Position numbers and translations under genes: made by a program. A DNA stretch of 64,000 bases. Origin: Nitrosopumilus sp. (GTDB lineage Archaea; Thermoproteota; Nitrososphaeria; Nitrososphaerales; Nitrosopumilaceae). This document shows, one piece after another, positions 38,178 through 48,188 of this stretch. The DNA is taken from the NCBI GenBank assembly GCA_965205215.1, contig OZ242041.1:544001-608000 (forward strand). Reading direction: 5' to 3'. Position 1 is the first letter of the stretch; each line of letters begins with the position of its first letter. The notes beneath the pieces are model-generated. The model saw only the letters and a program-made list of their open reading frames with translations, did no database searches and was not told the DNA's origin.

Positions 38178-39575
38178 GTTATTACCGTATAGTACCGTAA
38201 TAATATCATGTTTACGTACCGAAAGTACCGCGTTCCCGTCCGCCTGAGCGCGGAGCAGAAGGAGGATGTTGCCAGAATGCGGCACGGCCAGCGCCATGCG
38301 TACAACTGGGCCGTCTCCAACCTCAGGGAGGGGTGGGATCCCAGCGACGAGTACGGCCTGTACGCAAGGTTCACCACGTACAGGCGCGGCGGCGAATGGA
38401 TGCGCTCCGTGCCCCGCGCCGTCCAGAACGCCGGAATCAGGGACGCGTTTACAGCGGCCAAGTCAATGCTGAGGCGCGGCCGCAACACCATATCAGAACT
38501 GGGATACAGAACCAGAAAGTCCGGCCGCGGCGCAGCGCTCAGGTGTTCGCTGGCGCCCGCCGTCGTGGACAGGCGCCTGATAAAGCTCCCCCGGTTCGGA
38601 ACCGTCAGGTGCGACGTACCCAACGCGCTGCTTGCAGGCGAGCCTAGGTCGTACGAGTTCGTCCGGACCGCGGGCGGCAGATACGCACTGTACGTGTCCT
38701 GCCGCGTCGGGATTCCCGCCGCCCGCCCCGCGGGCCCCGGCATGACGGTCAAGGGCGTGGATCGCGGTGTAATCGAGCCCACCGTCGTGGCAACTCTGGA
38801 CCACCGCGGCAGGCCGCTGGCCGCCGACTCGTACGACACGGCCTCCGCGTTTAGGGACGGCCGCGCCTCGTACCAAAGGCACCAGCGCCGCCTCTCAAAA
38901 CAGAACAGGAGGTCCGGGCGGTACCGCGGCCACCTCCGCATGCTCAACAAAAGGCTCAGGCGCACCCTCGACCGCCGCGCGTACGCGGAGTGCGTCGCCG
39001 CAAAGGAGATCTGCCGGACCGGCCGTCCGCGCGCAATCGTCATGGAGGATCTCAAGCTGTCAGACATGACCCGCAGGGGCGGCTCACACAAGAAAGACCT
39101 GAACCGCGAGATGCGCTTTGTGCGCCACCACTCCATAGAGCAGAGGATCAGGAACCGCGCCGAGATGGAGGGGATCGTCCTGAAGCACGTCGCGCCACAC
39201 TACACGTCCCAGACGTGCCCGGGGTGCGGCCATACGGACAGGGACTCCCGCGTGACGCGGGACATGTTCAGGTGCGTGTCGTGCCATTACACTCAGCAGG
39301 CGGACGTAAGCGCCGCCATAATAGTCGGGAGGGCCGGCCTGCGCCCCGCCGACGCCACGCAGGAGGCAGGCCCTCCGGAGGCGGGAATGGCCTTCGTGAG
39401 GCGCGAACTGGACGCGCGCCGCGGCAGGTTTTTGGCCGCGGGCTCCCCCGTGGAAGAGGGGGGATGCGAAAACCAAGCATCGGCTCGTCACCACTCCAAA
39501 ACGGAGCGGAGAAACAACGCCCAAAATATGCTCGGTTCGGAGTCGTCATTACAGCGGTAATGACTGCGATGAACC
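38178..39575 (+). mobile_element. IS1341-like solo tnpB element (approximate ends)
   Basis: Imperfect palindrome ttattaccg...cgtaataa at ~38179-38203. Hairpin gtcattac-agcg-gtaatgac at 39545-39564. Confidence 0.5.
38208..39560 (+). CDS. tnpB: TnpB RNA-guided endonuclease (IS200/IS605 family), no tnpA nearby
   Basis: RuvC motifs GVDRG, VMEDLK and QADVSAA. Zn finger YTSQTCPGCG...CVSC. N-terminal YNWA. Confidence 0.9.
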   Translation: MFTYRKYRVPVRLSAEQKEDVARMRHGQRHAYNWAVSNLREGWDPSDEYGLYARFTTYRRGGEWMRSVPRAVQNAGIRDAFTAAKSMLRRGRNTISELGYRTRKSGRGAALRCSLAPAVVDRRLIKLPRFGTVRCDVPNALLAGEPRSYEFVRTAGGRYALYVSCRVGIPAARPAGPGMTVKGVDRGVIEPTVVATLDHRGRPLAADSYDTASAFRDGRASYQRHQRRLSKQNRRSGRYRGHLRMLNKRLRRTLDRRAYAECVAAKEICRTGRPRAIVMEDLKLSDMTRRGGSHKKDLNREMRFVRHHSIEQRIRNRAEMEGIVLKHVAPHYTSQTCPGCGHTDRDSRVTRDMFRCVSCHYTQQADVSAAIIVGRAGLRPADATQEAGPPEAGMAFVRRELDARRGRFLAAGSPVEEGGCENQASARHHSKTERRNNAQNMLGSESSLQR

Positions 39576-39627
39576 AATGTGTATAATTCCTTCTGACGGA
39601 TATCCATATACGTGCCTGCAGCGTCAT

Positions 39628-40356
39628 ATGGTCGTGCACGCGACCCAGTCCGACGCAATGCAGGAATGCCGCATGCGCGCCAAACAGATCCGGTTGTACA
39701 ACCCGGATCCGTACTCTACCGGGCATCACTTTGAGCAGTACCTGAGGGCCGCGAACGCCGCGGTCGACGGCATATTCCATACGGCGGGCATCGACTTTGG
39801 GCTGCTGCCGTGCATGGGCAGGCACGCCGCGCGCGACTCCTTTGAGGCCGCCATACGTGCAAGGGGGGGACGGGACGCGTCGGCCTCCGAGTTCCTCGGA
39901 TGGTTCGACGCGCAGCATTCCGGCCCATGGCACTCCGCGGTGTACACGCGCGCGGTGGGGGCGGCGCGCCGCATGGTGCGGGCGCACGGGCGGGCCCCCG
40001 GGGTCCGGATAATGATCGGCGTGTCGGACGGGTATGCAGACGACCCCTCGTATGAGGTTGACATAGCAGGGCTCACCTCGCGTGGCAGGCTGCGCTCCCG
40101 CGACGAGCTGTCAGTGGAGGTCAAGAGGCGGCTTCCCGCGTTCCTCGACATGGTGAATGACAAGAGGCGCCGCAGCGGCGAGCCGGCCGTGTCGGCCAAG
40201 GACGTGGGGGCGCTCTGCTTTGCAGTGGTCCGGCACGAGGGGGGAGAGACGCATACGGTGGAGATGGCCCGCGCGGCGGACGTGTACGTGCAGACCCTGC
40301 AGCGCATGATATCCGAGTCCGAGGCCCGCATCCGGGACCTGGCCGCGCCGTCATAG
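39628..40356 (+). CDS. Hypothetical protein
   Basis: Long ORF with normal composition. Start uncertain (39628-39673). Confidence 0.6.
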   Translation: MVVHATQSDAMQECRMRAKQIRLYNPDPYSTGHHFEQYLRAANAAVDGIFHTAGIDFGLLPCMGRHAARDSFEAAIRARGGRDASASEFLGWFDAQHSGPWHSAVYTRAVGAARRMVRAHGRAPGVRIMIGVSDGYADDPSYEVDIAGLTSRGRLRSRDELSVEVKRRLPAFLDMVNDKRRRSGEPAVSAKDVGALCFAVVRHEGGETHTVEMARAADVYVQTLQRMISESEARIRDLAAPS

Positions 40357-40377
40357 GCAGTCAGGCAGTCAGGCAGG

Positions 40378-41151
40378 TCACCGGCTGTGCGCGTCAAAGC
40401 CGAAGATGGGATGCTGGTCCCTGACGGTCACTATAGGCATGTACACGTACCCGTGCTCTATCCTGTCGGACAGCTCGGGCTCCTGCGCCCTGTCGTGCCC
40501 GTACCTCAGGAACGGCTTGTCGGGCTTTGCGTCGCGCATCACGTGGTAGAACACGTAGTGGGACTCCTCCATGTCGTAGGCCACCACGTACCCCAGGGCC
40601 CACAGCCCGCCCACCGGCACCGCGTATATGACGGGATCCGGCTCGTCTGGAAAGTCCGGATCGTACGTGAGCCTCGCCAGGCTGCCCAGGTCGGCAAGCT
40701 CTATCGGGTGGAGCACGTCGGGTATGTCGTCTGCCGGCGGGTCGGCCTCCATATGCGTCAGGCACGGCTCGCTGTTTACGTGTATTATGGGCGCATAGCT
40801 TGCGGAATTTGACGCCGCGTCCACCACGTCGGTGCGCTCCCTTCCTCCGTCGATTACATATGATACGTACCTGCCGTCCTTTGGAAGCGGGGCGTACATG
40901 ACTACGAGGGTGTTTGCTAGGTTGAACACGGTCGCCGCGACGCGGGTGCCGCCCCCGTCGCCATTACTGTCGTTGCCGATGCCGTTACCGTCCTCGCCGC
41001 CTACGTCCGCATCATTCCCGCCCCCGTCGCCATCGTCATCCCTTACGAAACTGAAGATCCTCCTCGGGTGGGCCTGGTACGAGCATGCAAGCCTTGCCAG
41101 GTCCTCGAAACTCTCAAGCTCTATGTGGCACTCCGCCGGTTCCTCGCTCAC
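40378..41151 (-). CDS. Hypothetical archaeal protein with internal duplication
   Basis: Two related halves (IELESFEDLARL / IELADLGSLARL) and a Gly/Asp low-complexity insert. Confidence 0.7.
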   Translation of the reverse strand: MSEEPAECHIELESFEDLARLACSYQAHPRRIFSFVRDDDGDGGGNDADVGGEDGNGIGNDSNGDGGGTRVAATVFNLANTLVVMYAPLPKDGRYVSYVIDGGRERTDVVDAASNSASYAPIIHVNSEPCLTHMEADPPADDIPDVLHPIELADLGSLARLTYDPDFPDEPDPVIYAVPVGGLWALGYVVAYDMEESHYVFYHVMRDAKPDKPFLRYGHDRAQEPELSDRIEHGYVYMPIVTVRDQHPIFGFDAHSR

Positions 41152-41185
41152 GGCGGGCGTACCATGGTGGTGCTTTTATTCTTGT

Positions 41186-41614
41186 CTAATAGTTCGTCTT
41201 GGGCCACATCGCGTTCCATGTCTCGGCAAACCGCTTGAGCATCTCGCCGTACGAGTTCATCTGCTCCAGGCCCGCCGTGCCCAGGGACTTTTGCCAGTTC
41301 TCTGCAAACTGCGCGAACCCGCCGGTTCCCGACTCGCTGAGGGCCCTCTGCCATCCCTCGCTGAACTCCCTGAACGACTTTATGCCCGCGTCGCGCATGG
41401 CGTCCTGCCAGTTCTCCGCAAAGAGCTTCATCGTGTCGGAGCTGGTATCCACGGTCGTCTTCTTCCAGACGTCGTTGAACCTGGACTGCATCTCGGTGCT
41501 TGCGGCCTGCGCCTGCTCGTACATCCTCTTCCAGTTCTCAAGGGACCTCGAGTACTCCCCCCACAGCTCGTCCCACTCCTTGGCTGCGGCGCCGGACTCG
41601 TCACCGTCTGACAT
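41186..41614 (-). CDS. Trp-rich amphipathic helical hypothetical protein
   Basis: Repeating F.E.W motifs. Co-oriented with the downstream gene. Confidence 0.7.
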   Translation of the reverse strand: MSDGDESGAAAKEWDELWGEYSRSLENWKRMYEQAQAASTEMQSRFNDVWKKTTVDTSSDTMKLFAENWQDAMRDAGIKSFREFSEGWQRALSESGTGGFAQFAENWQKSLGTAGLEQMNSYGEMLKRFAETWNAMWPKTNY

Positions 41615-41755
41615 GAACAGAGCCCCATCCTCTCACAATTAAAGCTTGATTTCGGGCGCGGCGGCTCCGGCGGGATCGCCTGCGGCTGCTGCTACCACCA
41701 CTACCGCCGCCGCCCCGCGTGGATGGTTATTATTTGGAGGCACCGGGTGACTCCC

Positions 41756-42130
41756 ATGGGCGACATATCCCTGGAGATCGATCCCGCGGAGATACGGCCG
41801 AACGCGGAGATCAGGGGCGTCATTACGGTCTCGTACCCCGGCAAGTACGACGGGGTGGTCGTCAGCGCCCAGATATCGGACTCCAACGAGCACATCACGT
41901 ACAAGTCCTCAAACGGCAGGCCGATCTCCCAGAACGTGGCCAGGCTGTTCATCAGTAGGGACTCGATGAAGGAGGGGGGCCGCACGGCCGAGTTCACGGC
42001 CGCAATCGAGTTTGAGCCCGAGTCCGAGCACGAGGTAAAGTTCAGGGCGTCGGCAATAGAGCAGCACAAGGAGATTGACAGCCGCATCGTCTTTGCGCGG
42101 TATGTGGCTGCGGCGTCAAAAGAAGACTAG
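41756..42130 (+). CDS. Hypothetical beta-rich protein
   Basis: ORF MGDISLEID... with normal composition. Confidence 0.6.
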   Translation: MGDISLEIDPAEIRPNAEIRGVITVSYPGKYDGVVVSAQISDSNEHITYKSSNGRPISQNVARLFISRDSMKEGGRTAEFTAAIEFEPESEHEVKFRASAIEQHKEIDSRIVFARYVAAASKED

Positions 42131-42196
42131 CCTCGCTCCCTGCAGTCGTGATGATGATAATGATGATGATCCGGCGGCCGCCTCGGTCCCGCGTGG

Positions 42197-43867
42197 CTAT
42201 TCCGTCTTGTCCTTTTGCGCCGCCGTAGCCGGGTCGGGCGCGGCGCCGTCAGCACCTGCCTTTTTGGCCGCCGCTGCCGCTGGCGTTGACGCCGTCGCCG
42301 TCGTTGATGATGACGACGACGCCCCCGCAGCCGGTATCTCCGGCGGGGCCTCCAGCTCCTTCTTCTTCTGCTGCGGCTCAGAGCCGAGCTTTTCGGCGCC
42401 GTCCACGCCGTCCCCGATCTCCGCGGCGCCCGCCGGCGCCTCCAGCTGCGGCGCGCTCTCCGGCACCGGGGTCGGCATCGGCGGCGGCGCGGCCTTCTCC
42501 TGGCTCATCCCGTACCTGTACACGTGGAAGAACCCGGCAAACACGATGAGTATCAGCCCTATGAAGAAGAGCGAGATGTTGTTCATGCCCGTCAGGGCCG
42601 CGTTGTACGCCGCAATGTTGAGGAACACCTGGAACGCGAGCAGGGCCACCAGCACCCAGTTGATCCACCTCTCTGAGAGGCTTATGGCGGCCACCTTTTG
42701 CGGGCCCGAGCTCTTTGCGAGCTTTGCCTTGCGCTCGGCCTCGTTTGCGAGCTTTATCATCATGTACGTGAACCCGAATCCGAGCGGCACGAGCAGTATC
42801 ATCGTACCGTAGAAGAAGATCGGGTCGATGACGAGCCTCTCGACCAGCGGGATCGAGATGTCCGGCGTGATGTAGAACCCCCAGTAGGTGGTCACCATTA
42901 TCTGGGCCAGGCTGGTGATGCCAAACGCCGTAATTATGGGGCGGTCCCGCCACGAGAACTTTTTGTACCTGTCTATGAACGGTATGAGCACGAACGACAT
43001 TATGAACAGCAGGGGCCACAGGAGCCCCGTCACGAACTTGTCGTACTGTGTGCGCATGAACGCGTAGATGCCGGTCAGGTACCACTCGGGGACCGTCACG
43101 CCGGGCGGCACGTCGGGCTGGAACTTGAAGCCCAAATCAATCGGGAAGACCCCCCCCGTAATCAGTATGGCCCCGCCGATGGCCATGACCATCGGCACGT
43201 CGAACACCAGAAACCTCGGAAAGTGGACGGCCATGAGCCCGAGCATCACGACCGGCAGGATGAACACGTGCTGCGCGTAAAACCGCAGCACAAAGTCCGA
43301 GAACCCGCTGCCGAGCGCGGCGTCGCGTATCAGCGGCCCCACCACGGGTATCGAGGTCGTCAGCGAGGCCGCTATGCTGATTGCCAGCTCCGCCCTCTCG
43401 CTGAATATCACGTCATACCCGGTGAACGCCTCCAGTATCGTGACCACGCCCAGTATGACGCCGGTCATCCAGAGCACCTCGTTCCTTATCTTGTAGCGGC
43501 CGCTAAAGTACTGGTAGTACATGTGCAGGACCGCAAGCAGCACCATGGCATTAGAGCCGTGGTAGTGTATGTTGCGTATGTGGAACCCGAAGGGGACCTC
43601 GTCGTTTATGAACTGGACGCTGTCCCACGCCCTGTCGAGTATGGGCTGGTAGTAGAACATAAGCAGGGCGCCCGAGACGCCCAGTATGATGAACGTGATG
43701 AACGTGAGCATCCCGAGGAACCCGAACGGGCTGACGAACCTGGCCGGAAAGGAGAACTTTATCGCGGTGAATATGGTGCGGTCCACCCCCTCCCACAGCC
43801 AGTAGAAGAAGGCGACGGCGCCCGTCCTTCTCGGGAAGAGCGTCACTCCCTCAGGCGAAGCGGCCAT
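42197..43867 (-). CDS. petB: Cytochrome b subunit of the Rieske/cytochrome b complex
   Basis: Heme ligands IHYHG, LHM, QHV and VHF, a PEWY motif and multiple TM helices. Confidence 0.93.
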   Translation of the reverse strand: MAASPEGVTLFPRRTGAVAFFYWLWEGVDRTIFTAIKFSFPARFVSPFGFLGMLTFITFIILGVSGALLMFYYQPILDRAWDSVQFINDEVPFGFHIRNIHYHGSNAMVLLAVLHMYYQYFSGRYKIRNEVLWMTGVILGVVTILEAFTGYDVIFSERAELAISIAASLTTSIPVVGPLIRDAALGSGFSDFVLRFYAQHVFILPVVMLGLMAVHFPRFLVFDVPMVMAIGGAILITGGVFPIDLGFKFQPDVPPGVTVPEWYLTGIYAFMRTQYDKFVTGLLWPLLFIMSFVLIPFIDRYKKFSWRDRPIITAFGITSLAQIMVTTYWGFYITPDISIPLVERLVIDPIFFYGTMILLVPLGFGFTYMMIKLANEAERKAKLAKSSGPQKVAAISLSERWINWVLVALLAFQVFLNIAAYNAALTGMNNISLFFIGLILIVFAGFFHVYRYGMSQEKAAPPPMPTPVPESAPQLEAPAGAAEIGDGVDGAEKLGSEPQQKKKELEAPPEIPAAGASSSSSTTATASTPAAAAAKKAGADGAAPDPATAAQKDKTE

Positions 43868-44456
43868 ATCCTATTACTCCGTTCTCGTTGGCGGTAAACT
43901 TGGGGGGAAGTATGTACACGAGCCCGTCGGCGTCAAGGTCAAGCGTCAGCTTTGGCAGCGTGTTTGACGGCGAGGCCTGCACGGAGGCGGGCCCTATGTA
44001 CGCGATCCCCGTCGACGCGTCGTACATGGTCCCGTGGCACGGGCACTCGCCCCTCTTCCTGCCGTCGTCGGGCCAGTACTTCCAGAGGCACCACAAATGC
44101 AGGCATATCATGCTGAACGCCCGCAGCGCCGAGACGTCGTTGCTCTCGCCGCCCATCTCAGCAGGCAGCCTTATGAGCTGCCACTTGCGGAACGCCTCCG
44201 CGTCCAGCGCCGGGTCGCCTGTCGCCGGGTACGTGATCACCTCCGAGTGGTTCACCGGGAACGTGTTGATGTTTGCCTGGGTGCCGTCCGGCAGCATGGC
44301 CGGCACCCTCTCAAGGGAGGCCTGGTTGGGGTTGGGCATAAAGTTGCCAAACGGCACGAACGGCGCGAACGCGAGCCCGGTCCCCGCCGCTCCTATAAGC
44401 TTCAAAAAGTCCCTGCGTGATAAGCCGTCAGATCTGCGCTTTATGGTCTCTGACAT
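43851..44456 (-). CDS. Rieske 2Fe-2S protein with Tat signal
   Basis: SRRDFLK Tat motif, CLHLWC and CPCHG. Start reassigned to MSETIK. Confidence 0.93.
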   Translation of the reverse strand: MSETIKRRSDGLSRRDFLKLIGAAGTGLAFAPFVPFGNFMPNPNQASLERVPAMLPDGTQANINTFPVNHSEVITYPATGDPALDAEAFRKWQLIRLPAEMGGESNDVSALRAFSMICLHLWCLWKYWPDDGRKRGECPCHGTMYDASTGIAYIGPASVQASPSNTLPKLTLDLDADGLVYILPPKFTANENGVIGYGRFA

Positions 44457-44605
44457 CCTCAAGTCTAATACCGTAATTTCGCTTATAAACCTTCTAAAAC
44501 GCGCCGCCATCCGAGGGTAAAAAGTGTTCACTTTTGACGGAGCCGCGGGACCGGCGGCGCGCCGTCTGGTTTTAAATTGTCCATACTGTGTATAACCTGC
44601 ACAGT

Positions 44606-45373
44606 ATGGAGACAGAGTCAAAGCTGCGGATGCATATCGCCCCGCTGGGCTTCGAGGTCGACAGGATAGTGCTGCCCGCCATACGCCTGAGGGCCGACGC
44701 GGTGTGGCTGCTCGTGCACAGCAACCGCTCCGAGGACAAGGCGGAGCCCTTCGAGGCCGAGATCAGGGAGCGCCTCGGGGGGGAGGGGATAGAGGTCAGG
44801 GCCGAGTACGCCGACAGGAAGAACCTCTTTGGCATGCTAAAGGCAGTCAGGGGGATAATAGCGGGGGAGGGGGGAGGCAACGACATATACGTAAACGTCT
44901 CGTCCGGCTCCAAGATACAGTCCATAGCGTGCATGATGGCGTGCATGATGTGGAACGACACGGCGAGCATCACGCCGTACTATGCGGAGCCGGAGGGGTA
45001 CACGTCGTCGGCCGAATCCACGGGGCGGGCGCCCGAGCAGATGTCCAGCGGCCTCAAGTCCATCACCACGCTCCCAAAGTACAGGATACAGACGCCGCGG
45101 CAGGAGCTCGTAAGGGCCCTTGCGATAGTCAGTACGGCCGAGGGGGGCCGCATAAGGAAGGGCGAGATGGCCGAGAGGGCCGAGGAGCTCGGGATAATCA
45201 CGGTCAACTCGCGCGAGGAGAACAGGGAGTCGGCGAGGTTTGCTAGCCTGGCAAAGAACATCGTGGAGCCGCTTACCGACGAGTGGAACTTTCTGCACGT
45301 GGAGAAGGTGGGCAGGACTAGGTGGGTCTCGCTTACCGAGGAGGGCAGGAACGCGGCCGAGTTCCTGCTGTGA
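44606..45373 (+). CDS. DUF6293/HFX_2341-like regulator (CARF-like Rossmann domain plus wHTH)
   Basis: HIAPLGFEVDRIV, YVNVSSGSKI, PYYAEPE and a C-terminal wHTH ...VSLTEEG. Confidence 0.75.
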   Translation: METESKLRMHIAPLGFEVDRIVLPAIRLRADAVWLLVHSNRSEDKAEPFEAEIRERLGGEGIEVRAEYADRKNLFGMLKAVRGIIAGEGGGNDIYVNVSSGSKIQSIACMMACMMWNDTASITPYYAEPEGYTSSAESTGRAPEQMSSGLKSITTLPKYRIQTPRQELVRALAIVSTAEGGRIRKGEMAERAEELGIITVNSREENRESARFASLAKNIVEPLTDEWNFLHVEKVGRTRWVSLTEEGRNAAEFLL

Positions 45374-45441
45374 CGCGCGCGGCGCGGATTCGTACTGTGT
45401 GTAGTGCCTGTGACTCGCGCAGGCCGCGGCCCTTGCCGGCC

Positions 45442-46896
45442 TTATCGGTTTTCGCGCCCCAGCAGCTCGTTGTACAGCTTGGCGGCCCCCGCCTCGTCCT
45501 CTGTCCCGACCACGACGGCCGAGCCCTTCTTCATTATGCTGACGGACAGCTCGTCTGTGCGCAGCGACAGCCCCAGGTCCCCCTGGTTCTCCACGGTGAA
45601 CCCCTCCTGGCGCGCCGCGTCTGATATGGCGCCAAGGTCCACGTCGAGCGCGGCAGGCGGCGTTATTGCAAACGTGCGCTTGCCCCTGTTGCGGCCGCAC
45701 AGCTCCTCGAGTACGAGGCCGCCGGGATCTTTTCTCTGCTGCAACTGCTGCTCCGATGTCCCGGGATCCGTCTTCCCGGCGTCGGCGTCGCCGCATACGG
45801 GGCACTCCGGCGCCCTGAACGTCCGGGTCTTGTGAAACTCCATCTCCTCCAGGTCTATGTGCAGTACCCGCTCTGAGAGCGACGGCCCCCTGCCCAGAAC
45901 TATCTTGACTGCCTCTGCCACCTCTATGCCGCCGACAATCGAGAGTATCGACGGGTGGACCCCCTCCACGCTGCAGGTCGGCATCGAGTCCTCGTCCAGG
46001 TCGGGAAAGATGCAGTGGTAGCACGCCGAGCTTCCGGGCATGACGGTGAATGCCTGCCCCGAGACGCCGACTGCCGCCCCCGTAACGAACGGTATGCCAA
46101 GCCTGACGCACGCCGCGTTGAGCGCGTACCTGGCGTCCACGCTGTCGAGCGCGTCGACCACCACGTCGCACCCCGCCACGGCATCGGCCGCGTTGGCCGC
46201 GCCCACCGACATGGGGACCGGCTCGATCTTGCAGTGGGGGGCCAGCTTGCGCAGCTTGCGCGCGGCTACCTCCACCTTTACCTGCCCCACGTCGTCCTCG
46301 TCAAATAACGTCTGCCTGTGCAGGTTTGTCAGCTCTATCGTGTCGCGGTCGATTATCCTGAGCGCCCCCACGCCCATGGCGGCCAGCCTGGTGGCGATGG
46401 GGTTCCCGAGCCCGCCGGATCCGACTATGCATATCTTGGCCTGCCTCATCTTTATCTGCCCGTTGTATCCTATCTCCTCGAGCATCACCTGGCGCGAGAA
46501 GCGCTCCAGCTCCCGCGGGGTCAGCCCCTCTGACACTGTCGCCTGCGCGGCCGCGGTGCTGTTGCTGATGTTCTCGGTGCCGCCGTCGCTGCTGCTGCCC
46601 CCCGCGACTGCCGGCAGTATGTACACCTCGTCCCCGCCCCCGAGCTTGGCGTCCATGCCGCCGGAGAACTTTGCGTTCTTGCCGTTGATGTACACGTTGA
46701 TCAGCTGCCGCGGCGTCTTGCCGTCCGGCTCCATGACGCGCCTTGCAAAGTCGGGTCCCTTGGCCTCGACTGCCTTTGCAAACGCGTCGGCAAGCGACGT
46801 TACACCCATCTCAATCCTCTGCTCGCCGCCCCCTCCCGGGTTCAGCACGGACGGTACCACGAACGTTATGGCAGTAGCCGCAGGCTCTGGCGCCAT
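45442..46896 (-). CDS. MoaD/ThiS-like sulfur carrier fused to a ThiF/MoeB adenylyltransferase
   Basis: Beta-grasp domain ending PAVAGG, then RFSRQ, GSGGLG, NLHRQ, CYHC and CPVC. Start overlaps the thrC stop. Confidence 0.88.
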   Translation of the reverse strand: MAPEPAATAITFVVPSVLNPGGGGEQRIEMGVTSLADAFAKAVEAKGPDFARRVMEPDGKTPRQLINVYINGKNAKFSGGMDAKLGGGDEVYILPAVAGGSSSDGGTENISNSTAAAQATVSEGLTPRELERFSRQVMLEEIGYNGQIKMRQAKICIVGSGGLGNPIATRLAAMGVGALRIIDRDTIELTNLHRQTLFDEDDVGQVKVEVAARKLRKLAPHCKIEPVPMSVGAANAADAVAGCDVVVDALDSVDARYALNAACVRLGIPFVTGAAVGVSGQAFTVMPGSSACYHCIFPDLDEDSMPTCSVEGVHPSILSIVGGIEVAEAVKIVLGRGPSLSERVLHIDLEEMEFHKTRTFRAPECPVCGDADAGKTDPGTSEQQLQQRKDPGGLVLEELCGRNRGKRTFAITPPAALDVDLGAISDAARQEGFTVENQGDLGLSLRTDELSVSIMKKGSAVVVGTEDEAGAAKLYNELLGRENR

Positions 46897-48125
46897 TACC
46901 TGCCTGCAACCTCCGCTATTATGGCCTGCGCGTCGGCCTTTACGGTCTCCGGTTTCTTGAGCGACCGCATCACGGCCTCCGTCGCCTTGAGCCCGTTGCC
47001 GGTCACATAGCACACCACGGAGTCGCCGGGATCAATCATTTTTTGCTCTGCCATCTTCTGCAGCGTGGCGACTGCCACCCCGCCGGCCGGCTCCGTGAAT
47101 ATGCCCTCGGTCTTTGCAAGCAGCAGTATGGCGTCTATGATCTCGCTGTCTGACGTCTCCACCGCCGTGCCGTCGTACTGCTTTAGCCGCTTGAGGACGT
47201 ACCTGCCGTCGCCCGGGTCGCCTATCGCCAGGCTCTTTGCTATGGTGTCGGGGGACTCGACTGGCACGACTGCGTCCTGGTTGTTTGCAAACGCGCCTAC
47301 CACGGGCGCGCACCCAGTCGGCTGGGCCGCGTGCACCCTCATGCCCTGCACGCCCCCGCCCGGCACGAGCGACGCGGACTCCAGCTCCTCGAACCCCTTG
47401 CATATGGCGTTGAGCATGGCCCCGCTTCCGACCGGCACCACAAGGTTGTCCGGCACGCGCCATCCCATCTGCTCGGCCACCTCGTATGCCAGGGTCTTTG
47501 AGCCCTCCACGTAGTATGATCTCATGTTGATGTTGACCACGCCGATGCCCAGCCTGTCCCCGGCCTGGGCCGCTATCCTGTTCGCGTCGTCGTACGTGCC
47601 GTCCACCGATATGTAGTCGGCCCCGTAGGAGAGCGCCTGGGCGATCTTTGCCATCTCTATGTTGCTTGGCGCGAATATGTGGCACGGCATGCCGCCCCTT
47701 GCCGCGTGCGCGGCAGTCGCTGACGCCAGGTTGCCCGTCGAGGCGCACCCCACCCTGGACATCCCGAACTCCTTTGCCTTTGAGACCGCGACCCCCGCCG
47801 GCCTGTCCTTGAAGGAGAACGTCGGGTTCACCGAGTCGTTTTTTATGTAGACGTTCCTGAGGCCCAGCCGCTCGGCCAGCGCGTCGGCCTTGATCAGCGG
47901 GGTCATGCCGGCCCCTATGCTTATGATGTTTGACGCGTCCTCGACGGGCAGCAGCTCCCTGTACCTCCAGTATGTCTGCTCGCGCCCCTCAAACGTCCCT
48001 GGCTCGAGCCTCGGCAGCCCCTCGTACCTCACGTCGAGCGGCCCAAAGCACTCGTCGCACACGTAGCGGAACTCCGTGCCGTACCTCTTCTTGCACTCGC
48101 GGCACTCCAGCACCATTGCGGTCAT
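46896..48125 (-). CDS. thrC: Threonine synthase
   Basis: NPTFSFKDR, CASTGN, EGSKT, PVGSG, EGIFTEP and VTGNGLK. Confidence 0.9.
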   Translation of the reverse strand: MTAMVLECRECKKRYGTEFRYVCDECFGPLDVRYEGLPRLEPGTFEGREQTYWRYRELLPVEDASNIISIGAGMTPLIKADALAERLGLRNVYIKNDSVNPTFSFKDRPAGVAVSKAKEFGMSRVGCASTGNLASATAAHAARGGMPCHIFAPSNIEMAKIAQALSYGADYISVDGTYDDANRIAAQAGDRLGIGVVNINMRSYYVEGSKTLAYEVAEQMGWRVPDNLVVPVGSGAMLNAICKGFEELESASLVPGGGVQGMRVHAAQPTGCAPVVGAFANNQDAVVPVESPDTIAKSLAIGDPGDGRYVLKRLKQYDGTAVETSDSEIIDAILLLAKTEGIFTEPAGGVAVATLQKMAEQKMIDPGDSVVCYVTGNGLKATEAVMRSLKKPETVKADAQAIIAEVAGR

Positions 48126-48188
48126 GGAGGGAGTTCATGCAAGGGATACTTAAAACATCCTGATGTTACATCAAGCAATAGTGGATTT

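Noticed and set aside
38180-38203. TATTACCGTA motif also present inverted near 61506 and partially near 44467
   Set aside because: The 10-bp matches fall in AT-rich intergenic DNA next to unrelated genes and cannot be distinguished from chance.
39628-40356. Gene downstream of tnpB as transposon cargo
   Set aside because: It lies beyond the putative right-end hairpin and has host-like composition.
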